Assembly (NCBI GenBank): GCA_965203485.1
Contig: OZ241892.1
Location: 3,072,001-3,136,000, forward strand
Source of the DNA: Longimicrobiales bacterium
GTDB taxonomy: Bacteria; Gemmatimonadota; Gemmatimonadetes; Longimicrobiales; Gaopeijiaceae
Direction: 5' to 3'
Length of the DNA stretch: 64,000 nt
Of the stretch, positions 49,203 through 59,747 are shown in pieces (within the stretch, counting starts at the first letter, position 1; every line of letters begins with the position of its first letter). The notes beneath the pieces are model-generated. The model worked only from the letters and a program-made list of their open reading frames with translations, was not told the origin of the DNA and did not search any database. The translations under genes were made by a program, and so were the position numbers.

Positions 49203-49670
49203 ATGGAAGTGGTGCGCTTCGCGGTAAACGGCGACGAGCGGGTCTGCGGGGTGCCCGCGCATTACACGTTGCTCGAGACGTTGCGCTACGGCCTGGGTCT
49301 CACGGGTTCGAAGCAGGGCTGCGACAAGGGCGACTGCGGCGCGTGCACGGTGATCCTGGACGGCCGCGCGGTGTTGTCTTGCCTGACGCCGGCGCTGGAG
49401 GCGGAGGGCCGCGTCGTGCGGACAGTTGAGGGGCTGGCCACCGGAACCGATCCGCATCCGTTGCAGGACGAGTTCGATCTTCACGGAGCGGCGCAGTGCG
49501 GATTTTGCACGCCGGGCATCCTCTGCAGCGCGGCGGCGCTTCTGGAGCGCGAGCCGTCGCCCAGCCGCGAAGAGATCCGCGAGGCGCTGGCGGGCAACCT
49601 CTGCCGGTGCACGGGCTACGAGAAGATATACGACGCGGTGGAGGCCGCGGCGGCCAGGTGCCGCGCGTGA
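49203..49670 (+). CDS. Xanthine dehydrogenase family [2Fe-2S] subunit (HcrC/CoxS-like)
   Basis: GCDKGDCGAC; QCGFCTPG; NLCRCTGY. Confidence 0.95.
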   Translation: MEVVRFAVNGDERVCGVPAHYTLLETLRYGLGLTGSKQGCDKGDCGACTVILDGRAVLSCLTPALEAEGRVVRTVEGLATGTDPHPLQDEFDLHGAAQCGFCTPGILCSAAALLEREPSPSREEIREALAGNLCRCTGYEKIYDAVEAAAARCRA

Positions 49671-52147
49671 GCAACGGCCGGGGCGGTGCGGCGGCGCTGG
49701 CGGGCTCCCGCGTGAACGTTGCGCCAGGCGAGCCCGTCCACCAGGGCGGAGGCGCGGCGGAGCAATCGGCCGGCTTCTCGACCATCGGCCGGCGGATGCG
49801 CAAGGTGGACGGCTTGGCCAAGGCAAGCGGGCGGGCGCGCTACGCGGACGACATCCGGTTGCCGGGGATGCTCCACGGGAAGATACTGCGCAGCCCGCAT
49901 CCCCACGCGCGCATCGTGTCGATCGACACGTCCGCGGCCCAGCGCATGGACGGCGTCCACGCAGTGGTGACCGGCCGCGACATGCCGACGCCCTACGGGA
50001 TCATCCCATGGACGCCGGACGAGCATGCGCTGTGCGTGGACCGCGTCCGCTACGTGGGCGACGGGGTCGCGGCCGTAGCGGCGGTCGACGAGGAGACCGC
50101 CAACTCGGCGCTCGATCACGTCGAAGTCGTCTACGAAGAGCTGCCGGCCTACTTCACGCCGCGCGAGGCGATCGCGGCGAAGTCGGGGCCGTTCATTCAC
50201 GAGCCGCGCAAGCCGGGGCAGAACGGCAACGTCACCAAAGTCGTCCACCTGGAGTTCGGCGAGGTGGAAGCGGCCATGGCCGGGTCGGCGGTCGTCGTCG
50301 AGGACGACTATTTCTTCGAGGGCACGACGCACACGCCGATCGAGCCCCACTGCGCCATCGGCATGGCCGAACGCGGCGGCCGCCTGACGGTCTGGTCGGC
50401 CACCCAGGTGCCGCACTACCTGCACCGCGAGCTGGCGCGCGTGCTGGACCTGGACCCGGCTCTGGTCAGGGTCGTCCAGCCGCCCGTCGGCGGCGCCTTC
50501 GGCGGCAAGTCCGAGCCGTTCGACCTGGAGTTCTGCGTGGCCAAGCTGGCCCTGAAGACGGGTCGGCCGGTCAAGATCCTCTACACCCGCGAGGAAGTCT
50601 TCTACGCCCACCGCGGACGCCATCCGTTCCACATGCGCTATCGCACGGGCGTGAACGAGGACGGAACGCTCACCTCGGTCGACGCCAAGATCGTGCTGGA
50701 CGGGGGCGCATACGCTTCGTTCGGCTTGGTCACGACATACTACTCGGGGCAGTTGCTGACCGCGCCGTACCGAATGCCCGCCTATCGCTTCCACTCCACC
50801 CGCGCATACACGAACAAGCCCGCATGCGGACCCAAGCGCGGACACGGATCGGTGCAGCCGCGCTTCGCGTTCGAGGTGCAGCTCGACCGGCTGGCCGAGC
50901 GTCTGGACATCGATCCCATGGAGTTGCGGCGGCGCAACTTCATCGGGGCGGACACGCGCACCGTCAACGATCTTCGCATCACGTCCAACGGATTCCTGGA
51001 GTGTCTGGACGCGGTCGAGTCGGCCAGCGGCTGGCGGGGGAAGTTTCGCCAGCTGCCCTTCGGGCGCGGCGTCGGCGTGGCCGGCTCGACGTACATATCG
51101 GGCACGAACTATCCAGTCTATCCCAACGACATGCCGCAATCGGGCGTGCAGCTGCAGATCGACCGCTCTGGGCGCGTGTCGGTCTTCTCGGGCGCGTCGG
51201 AGATCGGGCAGGGAGCGGACTCGATGGTGGCCTACGTCGTGGCCGAGGAGCTGGGCGTGCCGGTGGAGCACGTGCGCGTTCTGGCGGGCGACACCGACTT
51301 CACGCCTGTGGACTTGGGCGCGTACTCCTCGAGGGTCACGTTCATGCTGGGCAACGCGTGCATCGCCGCGGCGGGACAGGTCAAGCGGCAGGTGCAGGAG
51401 GCGGTCGCCGAGGCGTGGGACGCGAAACCGGCCGAAGTGCTTCTGGCCGGGGGACGGGCCGCCCGGGCCGGCGACACGGGCGTCTCCATGTCCATTCGGG
51501 AAGCCTTCAACTTGGCCGAAGCGAAGTTCGGCACACTGGGCGCCACGGGGTCCTACGACACGCCGAAGGACGTGCACGGCTCCTACCGGGGCGCGACGAT
51601 CGGCGCGTCGCCCGCCTATTCGTTCAGCGCGCACGTGGCCGAGGTGAGCGTGGACGCGGAGACGGGGTTCGTGGACGTGGAGAAGATATGGATCGCGCAC
51701 GATTGCGGGCGCGCGCTCAATCCGGTGCTGGTGGAAGGGCAGATGGAGGGCTCGGCCTACATGGGCTTCGGCGAGGCGCTCATGGAGGAGCACGTCTTCA
51801 AGACCGCCGATCAGGGCCGCGCGGGCCTCCACAACGCTCCGTCGCTGCTGGACTACAGGATTCCGACCAGCTTGGACACGCCCGCGCTCCGGTCGCTGGT
51901 GGTCGAGTCCGTGGACCCCGAGGGTCCCTACGGCGCCAAGGAAGCGGGAGAAGGGCCTCTCCACCCGTCCATTCCGGCCATTGCAAACGCCATCTACGAC
52001 GCAGTAGGCGTGCGCATGAACTCGTTGCCGTTCTCGCCGCCCCGCGTGTGGGCCGCTCTGCAGGCCAAGGCGGAGCGGGCCGGAGCCGGAGCGTCGGCCG
52101 CGCGGCGTGATCCTGCAATCGCGGCCGCCGGGGCGAAGCCGGCGTGA
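49667..52147 (+). CDS. Xanthine dehydrogenase family molybdopterin subunit (HcrA-like)
   Basis: SPHPHA; GGAFGGK; RGHG; EIGQG; SSR; GQMEG; GAKEAGE. Confidence 0.93.
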   Translation: MSNGRGGAAALAGSRVNVAPGEPVHQGGGAAEQSAGFSTIGRRMRKVDGLAKASGRARYADDIRLPGMLHGKILRSPHPHARIVSIDTSAAQRMDGVHAVVTGRDMPTPYGIIPWTPDEHALCVDRVRYVGDGVAAVAAVDEETANSALDHVEVVYEELPAYFTPREAIAAKSGPFIHEPRKPGQNGNVTKVVHLEFGEVEAAMAGSAVVVEDDYFFEGTTHTPIEPHCAIGMAERGGRLTVWSATQVPHYLHRELARVLDLDPALVRVVQPPVGGAFGGKSEPFDLEFCVAKLALKTGRPVKILYTREEVFYAHRGRHPFHMRYRTGVNEDGTLTSVDAKIVLDGGAYASFGLVTTYYSGQLLTAPYRMPAYRFHSTRAYTNKPACGPKRGHGSVQPRFAFEVQLDRLAERLDIDPMELRRRNFIGADTRTVNDLRITSNGFLECLDAVESASGWRGKFRQLPFGRGVGVAGSTYISGTNYPVYPNDMPQSGVQLQIDRSGRVSVFSGASEIGQGADSMVAYVVAEELGVPVEHVRVLAGDTDFTPVDLGAYSSRVTFMLGNACIAAAGQVKRQVQEAVAEAWDAKPAEVLLAGGRAARAGDTGVSMSIREAFNLAEAKFGTLGATGSYDTPKDVHGSYRGATIGASPAYSFSAHVAEVSVDAETGFVDVEKIWIAHDCGRALNPVLVEGQMEGSAYMGFGEALMEEHVFKTADQGRAGLHNAPSLLDYRIPTSLDTPALRSLVVESVDPEGPYGAKEAGEGPLHPSIPAIANAIYDAVGVRMNSLPFSPPRVWAALQAKAERAGAGASAARRDPAIAAAGAKPA

Positions 52148-53190
52148 GCAAGCGCTCCCCGGCAACGCGCCGCCATGTCGGCCGCGCGAGCCCAGCCGGC
52201 CGCCCGGCGCGCGACGGCGCCGGAGGCTCCGCGACGGTGCGCCGCCTGGCCGGCCTGGGGCGACTGGCGCTGCTCGCCGCAGGACTGCCCTCGGCGTTGC
52301 ACGCCCAGACACCGAACGCGGAGGAGCGCGTCCGCTCCCGCCCGGCCGCCGGCACTGCGCGCGACTGGCAGATCGCGGCCGAGCGTCTCCGCTGGGCGCG
52401 CGCGCAACGCCTGGACACGCTGCCGCGCTTCGGCGACGTGCTCGCGGCGATCGGCGAGCGCTTCGTCGGCACGCCCTACGCGCCGGGCACGCTGGAGCTG
52501 CCCGGCCCCGAGCGTCTGGTCGTAAACCTGGAAACGCTCGACTGCGTCACGTTCGTCGAGAGCGTACTCGTGCTGGCGCGCTTGGCCCGGCGCGGCGACC
52601 CGGCGCTTGCCGACGATCCCGGCCGTCTGCAGGCAACTTACGCGGCGGAGTTGACGCGCATACGCTACCGGGGCGGAGCGCTGAACGGCTACGCCAGCCG
52701 ACTGCACTACTTCAGCGAGTGGATCGCCGACAACGAGGACAAGGGCGTGGTCCGCGACCTGTCGGAAGAGCTGGGGGGCGTGCCGGACGGCGGAGCCGTC
52801 AACTTCATGTCGGCGCATCCCGAGGCGTACGCGCAACTGGCCGACCCGGCCGCGCGCGCCGAGATCGCCTCGGTCGAGGCCCGCCTCGGCGCCGTCGCGC
52901 GGCGCTACTTGCCCGCGAACCGGATCGCCGCCCGTGCTCGTTCGATCCGCAACGGCGACATCATCGCGGCGACCAGCACGGCGGGCGGCCTGGACGTCGC
53001 TCACACGGGCCTTGCTCTCTGGCGCGGAGGCCGGCTCAAGCTCCTGCACGCGCCCCTCGCCGGCTCGCACGTGCAGATCACCGAGGGCACCTTGGCGGAG
53101 CGCATCGAACGCCTGCGCGGCCAAGACGGAATCATGGTGGCGCGGCCCGTGGACCCGCATCCCCCGCGCTCCCGGCGCCCCGGCAAGTAG
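52144..53190 (+). CDS. DUF1460 NlpC/P60 N-acetylmuramoyl-L-alanine amidase-like protein
   Basis: GTPY..GTL; LDCVTFVE; RLHYFSEW; LDVAHTG; signal-like segment. Confidence 0.88.
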   Translation: MSKRSPATRRHVGRASPAGRPARDGAGGSATVRRLAGLGRLALLAAGLPSALHAQTPNAEERVRSRPAAGTARDWQIAAERLRWARAQRLDTLPRFGDVLAAIGERFVGTPYAPGTLELPGPERLVVNLETLDCVTFVESVLVLARLARRGDPALADDPGRLQATYAAELTRIRYRGGALNGYASRLHYFSEWIADNEDKGVVRDLSEELGGVPDGGAVNFMSAHPEAYAQLADPAARAEIASVEARLGAVARRYLPANRIAARARSIRNGDIIAATSTAGGLDVAHTGLALWRGGRLKLLHAPLAGSHVQITEGTLAERIERLRGQDGIMVARPVDPHPPRSRRPGK

Positions 53191-53196
53191 ACCACC

Positions 53197-54240
53197 TTGC
53201 TCCGCCTGCATCCCTTCCGGTACCACCGGCCCGAGACAGTGGCCGAGGCCGTGGCGTTGCTGGCCGAGCACGGCGACGACGCGATGCCCATCGCGGGCGG
53301 CACCGACCTCATGCCCAACATGAAGCACGGCCTCTTCAGTCCCCGTCACGTCGTGTCGCTCGCGCGCATCGGCGAGATGCATGGAGTCGCGGCCGTGCCC
53401 CGGCCGCCCGGAGGCGGTCTGCCGCCGGGCGGCGACGCCGAGTCCAGCGGCGGCCAGCTCCGCGTCGGCGCGCTGACGACCCTTCGCGACCTCTCGGCCC
53501 ACCCCGAGGTGCGCCGCCGCTTCCCTGGATTGGCCGAGGCCGCGGGCCTCGTCGCCGGACCCCAGCTCCGCAACATGGGCACGATCGGCGGCAACATCTG
53601 CTTGGACACGCGCTGCACCTACTACAACCAGACAGCATTCTGGCGAGCGGCGCTCGGCCACTGCCTGAAGAAGGACGGAGATGTCTGCCACGTGACGCGC
53701 ACCGGCAAGAAGTGCGTCGCCGCCCACTCGGCGGACACGCCTCCCAACTTGATGGTCTTGGGCGCCACCCTCGTGCTGTCCGGACCGGACGGCGTTCGGG
53801 AGGTCCCCGCGCAGGACTTCTTCGTGGCCGACGGTTGCTGGAACACGCGCCGCAAGCCCGGCGAGATCTTGACGGAAGCGAGAATTCCCTTTGGCCGCCC
53901 CGGCGCGCGCAGCGCCTACAAGAAGCTGCGCCAACGCAAGTCCATCGACTTCCCGATGCTGTCCGTGGCGGTCGCCGGCGACTTTGCGGAAGACGGATCG
54001 GTGGAGTCGCTCCGAGGCGTGGTGTCCGCGCTGGGCGCCCGGCCGCGGCGTCTGTCGGGCTGGCAGGACTTGGCGCGGGGAAGACGGCTGGAGGCCGACA
54101 CCGTGCGCTCGCTCGCCGCCCGCGCTTGGGAGCAGTGCCGGCCGCTGGAGAACATGGTCGGGGACGCTGACTGGAGGCGCGCGATGGTGCCGGTCTACGT
54201 GCGCCGGGCGTTGCAGGACTTGGCAAGCCGGGCGGCGTGA
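53197..54240 (+). CDS. Xanthine dehydrogenase family FAD subunit with extra Cys cluster (HcrB-like)
   Basis: AGGTDL; RNMGTIGGN; C-x15-C-x7-C-x8-C. Confidence 0.92.
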   Translation: MLRLHPFRYHRPETVAEAVALLAEHGDDAMPIAGGTDLMPNMKHGLFSPRHVVSLARIGEMHGVAAVPRPPGGGLPPGGDAESSGGQLRVGALTTLRDLSAHPEVRRRFPGLAEAAGLVAGPQLRNMGTIGGNICLDTRCTYYNQTAFWRAALGHCLKKDGDVCHVTRTGKKCVAAHSADTPPNLMVLGATLVLSGPDGVREVPAQDFFVADGCWNTRRKPGEILTEARIPFGRPGARSAYKKLRQRKSIDFPMLSVAVAGDFAEDGSVESLRGVVSALGARPRRLSGWQDLARGRRLEADTVRSLAARAWEQCRPLENMVGDADWRRAMVPVYVRRALQDLASRAA

Positions 54241-54263
54241 TCCTCGACGGCCGGCACGGCGGT

Positions 54264-55463
54264 CTACGTGGGCTCGCCGTCGCGGGATCTGGCAGGGGAC
54301 TGTCGTCTGCGCGCCGCCAGCAACCGGCGGTGAACGCGCAACGCCTGTTCCATCCGGCCCGGCTGGCCCGCCGCCGCCTCGGCCCGGCGCGCGGCGGGCC
54401 GCACTTGCCCGGCCGCGGCGCCGAGCGTCGCAACGTCCTCCATGCCCGCGGCGGCGGCTACGTTGCGCAATTCCTTCTCCGGTTGCGCGCATAGCGCGTC
54501 GTAGTCGACCAGCGCGGCCGTGCCCGCCGCCTTGTCCAGTACGTGCTGGTACGCGGCGCACCAGTACGCGAGCCAGCCGTCCAGAGGGTCCGCGCCGCCC
54601 CCGCCATCTTCCGGTCGCGCCGGCCCGGGGTCGTCCTTCCCGCCGCCGAAGTCCAGCGGCCGGAGGTCAAGACCGAACTCGTAGTGGCCGATGTCCGCCG
54701 TGTATCGGCGCATGAACGGCTCGCTCGCTTGCATTGCGCTGAACCTTGCATGCTGTCGCAGCATCGACCCGGCTTGGTCCAGCGGGTTGCGAAAGGCAAT
54801 CAACACGATCGCGTCGGGAAACAGCTTCAAGAGAGTCGGGACGCGGACGATGTTGGCGTTGTTCTTGGACAGGTACCGCAACCGTCCGGGACGCGCCGTC
54901 TCTTCGAGCGCGACGATCTTGGCGACGTGCGACTTGAAGAAAGACGCGAACTCGCCGGCGGAAGCGTCCGCGTCCGTCCACGCCTCGATCCGGTCCTCGC
55001 GGTACTTGCCCGGCCAGAATGCTCGCCACAGCGCCTCCTCGAACGCCTCCGGGCTGTCGAAGCCGATTTGCATGCCGTCGCCGTGCGCCCGCTCGACCGG
55101 CTCGCCCGACACCCGGAAGGGACGCGCGAACGCGCGCCACAGCATCGGGGTGAAGAGAAACGGCATGTGCCGGTAGGTGTGCGACGCGAACGGCCCTTCG
55201 GAGGCGAGCACGTTGAGCAGCAACGTCGTGCCGGCCCGCGGCAACCCCGCGATGAACACCGGCCTCTCGACGCGAACGGTCCGCAAAGAAGTTCGGTAGA
55301 GCAGGTCCTCCAAGTCGGCCAGCGACTTCTGCAACCCTATGGAGGAGAAGGCGGCGCGGTGGAGGAGACGGTCTACACGCGAATATCTCCGAACCAGCCG
55401 TAGGGCAACCCGAGGAATGCCGCCGAGGCCCGCCTCGTCGCCGCCGCCGTGTCGCCCGTGCAT
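54264..55463 (-). CDS. Sulfotransferase family protein
   Basis: PVFIAGLPRAGTT; SKNN; RNP....S. Confidence 0.9.
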   Translation of the reverse strand: MHGRHGGGDEAGLGGIPRVALRLVRRYSRVDRLLHRAAFSSIGLQKSLADLEDLLYRTSLRTVRVERPVFIAGLPRAGTTLLLNVLASEGPFASHTYRHMPFLFTPMLWRAFARPFRVSGEPVERAHGDGMQIGFDSPEAFEEALWRAFWPGKYREDRIEAWTDADASAGEFASFFKSHVAKIVALEETARPGRLRYLSKNNANIVRVPTLLKLFPDAIVLIAFRNPLDQAGSMLRQHARFSAMQASEPFMRRYTADIGHYEFGLDLRPLDFGGGKDDPGPARPEDGGGGADPLDGWLAYWCAAYQHVLDKAAGTAALVDYDALCAQPEKELRNVAAAAGMEDVATLGAAAGQVRPAARRAEAAAGQPGRMEQALRVHRRLLAARRRQSPARSRDGEPT

Positions 55464-55489
55464 GAGGACAGTGACGCCAACGCAGCGTC

Positions 55490-57055
55490 CTACCGGATTC
55501 CGACCTGCCCCTGCACGTCGCGCAACATCTTCTCGGAGTCGTAGCCCACGCCGTCCTTGAAGACGAAGACCACGTTGCGGATCACCGCCGCATCCTCCGC
55601 CAGGTCGCCCCGCAACACCACCAAGTCGGCCACCTTGCCGGCCTCCACAGCCCCAAGCGCGTCGTGCACGCCCAGCACGCGGGCTCCGTTCGCCGACACG
55701 ACTCGCACGGCGTCCGGAGCCGAGAACCCGGCCTCGATCAGAAGCTCGTAGTTGCGTTGGTCGCCGTAGCCGGGCAATGCTCCGCCGTTGCCGGTAGGGT
55801 CCACGCCCGCGGCCAGCAAGCCGCCGGCGTCGTGAAACGCCTTTTCGTAGGCCATGGCGTTGAGCAATTCCTCCTCGGGCCAACCGGCATCGTCGATCTG
55901 CGCCTTCGACTTCAAGTAGTCGTCGCGGACCTCGGGCGCCATCGCGTCCAGGCTTCGCTGGTCGCGAACGGGGCGTCCCTTGAAGAAGAGTTCGTACACT
56001 GCCAGGGTCGACGTCATCGGCACGCCCGCGTCGATCATGGCCTTGAAGGTCGCGGCCGCTTCCGGGCCGTCGACGTTCGTTTGCAACGCGGCCCGCGTGA
56101 GGCCCGGCGGGCACTCGTCCTTGCCGCGTCCCGCCACGTAGTCGCTGTTCGTGGGCAGGCCGTGCTCGATGTTGTCGATGCCCAGCGCGACCGCCTCCGT
56201 GAAGCTGATCGAGCAGAGATGGCCGGTGACCTTGATGCCTTGCTTGTGGGCTTCGTCTATTGCCGCGCCCAGCTCCTCCGAGCGGATGTTCGTGTACGCC
56301 TTGAGCCAAGTCGCGCCCTCCGCCGCCCAGTACCGCACGAACCGGCGGGCCTGCTCGGGAGACTCCAGCATCGTCATCGTGGACACGCCGCCGCCCGCCG
56401 TGATGTAGGGCGCAGTGATGTGAATGCGAGGTCCGGGCACGCGCCCGGCGTCGATCTCGGCCCTGAGATTGAGTTCGGCGAACGGCTGCCGGCTGCCAGT
56501 CGTGCGCACGGTCGTCACCCCGCTTCCCAGATAGAGGCGGGGCGCGCTGAAGGTCAGTTGCGCGGCGCGCCCGCCGGCGGCCGTGTAGTACAGGTGGTTG
56601 TGGAGTCCGACCATCCCCGGGACCACGGTGTGACCTTGCAAGTCCAGCATCTCGGCGCCGTTCGGAACGTCCACGGCGCCGGACGAGCCGACCGCCGCGA
56701 TGCGGGCGCCCTCAATCAAGACCGTCTGGTCGCGAAGCGCAGGCCCGCCGGTGCCGTCCAGCACCGCGACCCCGTGCAACGCGACGACCGGGGCGTCCAC
56801 GGCCACGTACGCCGCCGCCGCCGAACCCGCCACCGGCCGTTGCGCCGAAGCTGGGAGACCGGCGAAGAAAGCCACGGCCGCCGTGCCCGCGAGGGCCGCT
56901 CCGAACCGGCCATGTCCGCCGCTCGCAGGCAAGCTTCGCCGCTCCGGCCGCCTCTCCCATGCCCCGCGCCCGCAGGTCGCAACAGCGCTGGCGGGCGAGA
57001 TCCGCGGATCTGCGGGCTTCTTCGAAATCGGCGTCTTCGGCGTCGGTGATCCCAT
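55490..57055 (-). CDS. Amidohydrolase family protein
   Basis: PGMVGLHNH; GVTTVR; IEHG; GKVADLV; GGAGG RBS. Confidence 0.9.
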   Translation of the reverse strand: MGSPTPKTPISKKPADPRISPASAVATCGRGAWERRPERRSLPASGGHGRFGAALAGTAAVAFFAGLPASAQRPVAGSAAAAYVAVDAPVVALHGVAVLDGTGGPALRDQTVLIEGARIAAVGSSGAVDVPNGAEMLDLQGHTVVPGMVGLHNHLYYTAAGGRAAQLTFSAPRLYLGSGVTTVRTTGSRQPFAELNLRAEIDAGRVPGPRIHITAPYITAGGGVSTMTMLESPEQARRFVRYWAAEGATWLKAYTNIRSEELGAAIDEAHKQGIKVTGHLCSISFTEAVALGIDNIEHGLPTNSDYVAGRGKDECPPGLTRAALQTNVDGPEAAATFKAMIDAGVPMTSTLAVYELFFKGRPVRDQRSLDAMAPEVRDDYLKSKAQIDDAGWPEEELLNAMAYEKAFHDAGGLLAAGVDPTGNGGALPGYGDQRNYELLIEAGFSAPDAVRVVSANGARVLGVHDALGAVEAGKVADLVVLRGDLAEDAAVIRNVVFVFKDGVGYDSEKMLRDVQGQVGIR

Positions 57056-57236
57056 TGATCCTCCCGGCTCTTCAGTGCGGTTCACGGCAGCATGGCTCCA
57101 GCGGCGCGGCAGGGGCAAGCTATGGCGCGGAGGCCAGCTGCGGAAGTCCCGGCCGCGCCCTTCCTCGGTCGGGCAACGGGAGAGCGCGCGTTTCAAAGAG
57201 AGCGTGCGATCTCCGCCGGTTCGGGTCCTGCTTCAC

Positions 57237-59552
57237 TCACGGCAACACCGTGAAGACCATTCGCATCCCAGACTCCAGATGCTCCGAAATGTGGCAGTGC
57301 GCCATCCACCGGCCCGGATTCGACGCTTCCAGGAGAATGTCGGTCGTCGTGCCCGCGGGCAACAGCACCGTGTCCTTCCATGCGAGATTGCGGCTGGGCA
57401 CCCCGTTTCGCGCGAGGACGAGGAAGCGCTGTCCGTGGATGTGGAAGGGATGCTGCATGGCATGGAAGGAGCGTCGCTCGTTGTGCAGGCGGACCTTGAC
57501 CACTTCGCCCGCGCGCAGCGTCCAGTCGATCTCCATGTTCTCGCGGCCGGTGGCCGGTTCCCTCACGATCCAGCGCACTTCCTGCGAAGTCGAGTTCCAG
57601 TTCATCATGGGCATCGTGCCGCTCCACTCGACGGGATGGAAGTACGCGGAGTCGAAGCGCATCAGCCGCTCCACGACGAACGGCAGTCCGGCGGCTTCCA
57701 GCGTGAACGTGAGTTCGCGGTCCACCGGATCGTCGAAGCGGTCGCGCAAGAGAGCGATTTCGCGGGCGGCCGACGTGTTGACGCGCAATGCGTCGAAGCT
57801 GTCAGCCGCCGCCGTGGGGGAGTCCGGTCCGGTCACGACTCGGACCGCGGCGAGCGTGTCCGTCTCCGCGAAGAAGCGGCCGCCCAGGTGGTCGATGCCC
57901 TGCACGCGGTTGAGGAGAGCGGCTTCGCCGGGCTGGTCGAAGCGGACGTGCACCACGTACCGTTCGGCCGGACTCACGACGATGCTCTCGATCCATTCCT
58001 CCCGCTCGAAGGCACTCACGTCGGTTCCCACGACCTTCATGCGGCCGTTCGTGAACGACAAGTTGAAGGTCCGCGTGTTGGACGCGTTCGTCAGGAAGAG
58101 ACGAATCACTTCGCCCGCAACCGCGCGCAACTCGTAGTCCGGTTCGCCGTTGACCAAAAACGCGTTGCCGAAGCGTCCCATGAGCGCATGAGTGGACCGT
58201 TCCAGCCCGAACGGCATGAGTTCGCCGTCGGCCATCAGAACGTCGTCGATCATGAGGGCCTCCTCGCGGTCGACCGGCCCGTAGTAGCCGTCGTGGCGGG
58301 GGGCAACGAGCATGTTGCCGTAGAGCCCCAGGTCCTTCAGCACGTCTTCCCTGTGATGGGGGTGATACCAATAGACGCCTGGGTCCTCGAAGAAGACGTG
58401 GTAGCGGAAGGTCTCGCCCGGCCGCACCGGCTCCTGCGTGACGCCGGGCACGCCGTCCGAGCCATTGTCGAGGCGAAGTCCGTGCCAGTGGATCGTCGTC
58501 GGCCAAGGCACCGAGTTGGTGAAGTTCACGGTGATCTCGGCTTCCTCGCGGACGTGCAGCAACGGCCCCGGGTACTGCTCGTTGAAGGCGTACATCACGT
58601 GATCGCGTCCCCCGATGCGCCGCCGGACGAGTCCGGCCTCGAGCGCGACCGTGTCTCCGTCTTCGAGAAGAAGCGCTTCGCGGGGCCGCGCCATGGGCAG
58701 GCCGGGCGCGGAGGCGGACATTCCCGGCAAGTACGGTTGGACGCCGGGCGGGGCAATGGCCATGAGCGCCGGAAACATGACCAGCCCCGGGATCGTCCGC
58801 GGCAGGGGCCATCGCCGGGGCCGCGCCGCGCCGTGGCCTCCGGCGCCGAGCGAGCCCACCAAGAACTCCTGCATGTCCGGCGGGGACATCCGGGCGCTCG
58901 GCGAAAATGCGCGCAAGAGCAGCCGGCCCTCCCATTCCGTCCCGTCGGCCCGTGTCTCCGCGGTGACGAGGATCATGAACTTGTTGAGCGCGATCTCGCC
59001 CAAGCTCTGCGTGCCATTGGTCACGGTCCCCAGGCTCGCGACCGTGTCGAAGACCGGCGTCGCCAGCCACGCGACATAGTGGCCGTAGTCTCCGAGGGAG
59101 GCCGGGTCGGGCAGGCCGTCCAGCGTGAGCACGCCTTCGTAGAGATGGTTGCCCGCCGCGTTTACTGCGACGCCGAAGGGGCTCGCCGGCGTCCGCAGCT
59201 CCAGCCGCCCCACCATGCCCTCCAGGCCGGGCCGCGGCGTCATCTGCATGCAGTAGAGGTCGGCGCTGGGCGAAAGCGAAGCGCCGGGAGCGCGCGCGCC
59301 GCCGCACGGGGACTCGGCGTCCTGCGCGTGCACCTCGCCTTGTCCGGCCGCGGCAAGCCCTACAACTGCGAATCCGAGGAAAGCCCGCGGCAACGGGACC
59401 GGCCGGAGCGCGGGCCCCGTGGACGCGTTGCGGTCTTGCTTTCGGGCCGGGGCGCCGGGGCGCCTCCGGCACGTCCAGCCGAGGCGCAACCCCGAGGACA
59501 AGCCTCGGACGTCGCCTTGCGAAGCGCGCCCGGCGAACCCGAATTTCGTCAC
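57237..59552 (-). CDS. Multicopper oxidase with N-terminal extra domain
   Basis: HWHG; WYHPH; HPFHIHG; HCHISEHLESGM. Start uncertain. Confidence 0.9.
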   Translation of the reverse strand: MTKFGFAGRASQGDVRGLSSGLRLGWTCRRRPGAPARKQDRNASTGPALRPVPLPRAFLGFAVVGLAAAGQGEVHAQDAESPCGGARAPGASLSPSADLYCMQMTPRPGLEGMVGRLELRTPASPFGVAVNAAGNHLYEGVLTLDGLPDPASLGDYGHYVAWLATPVFDTVASLGTVTNGTQSLGEIALNKFMILVTAETRADGTEWEGRLLLRAFSPSARMSPPDMQEFLVGSLGAGGHGAARPRRWPLPRTIPGLVMFPALMAIAPPGVQPYLPGMSASAPGLPMARPREALLLEDGDTVALEAGLVRRRIGGRDHVMYAFNEQYPGPLLHVREEAEITVNFTNSVPWPTTIHWHGLRLDNGSDGVPGVTQEPVRPGETFRYHVFFEDPGVYWYHPHHREDVLKDLGLYGNMLVAPRHDGYYGPVDREEALMIDDVLMADGELMPFGLERSTHALMGRFGNAFLVNGEPDYELRAVAGEVIRLFLTNASNTRTFNLSFTNGRMKVVGTDVSAFEREEWIESIVVSPAERYVVHVRFDQPGEAALLNRVQGIDHLGGRFFAETDTLAAVRVVTGPDSPTAAADSFDALRVNTSAAREIALLRDRFDDPVDRELTFTLEAAGLPFVVERLMRFDSAYFHPVEWSGTMPMMNWNSTSQEVRWIVREPATGRENMEIDWTLRAGEVVKVRLHNERRSFHAMQHPFHIHGQRFLVLARNGVPSRNLAWKDTVLLPAGTTTDILLEASNPGRWMAHCHISEHLESGMRMVFTVLP

Positions 59553-59747
59553 GTCCTTCCGTCCGGGCGTGGGACCGCCGCACCGCGCGCCGTCTCTGCG
59601 GATGCCAAGCGGGCCGGAGGAGCTAGGCGGAGGCGGCGGACCTGTTCGGCGGCGCAGTTGCGTCGCCGTGCAGGCGGGGCGCACCGAGGTGCGGAATCGA
59701 AAGAATCGCAATCGTGCGTCTCGCAGGCGCGGTGTGCGAGGAGCGGC

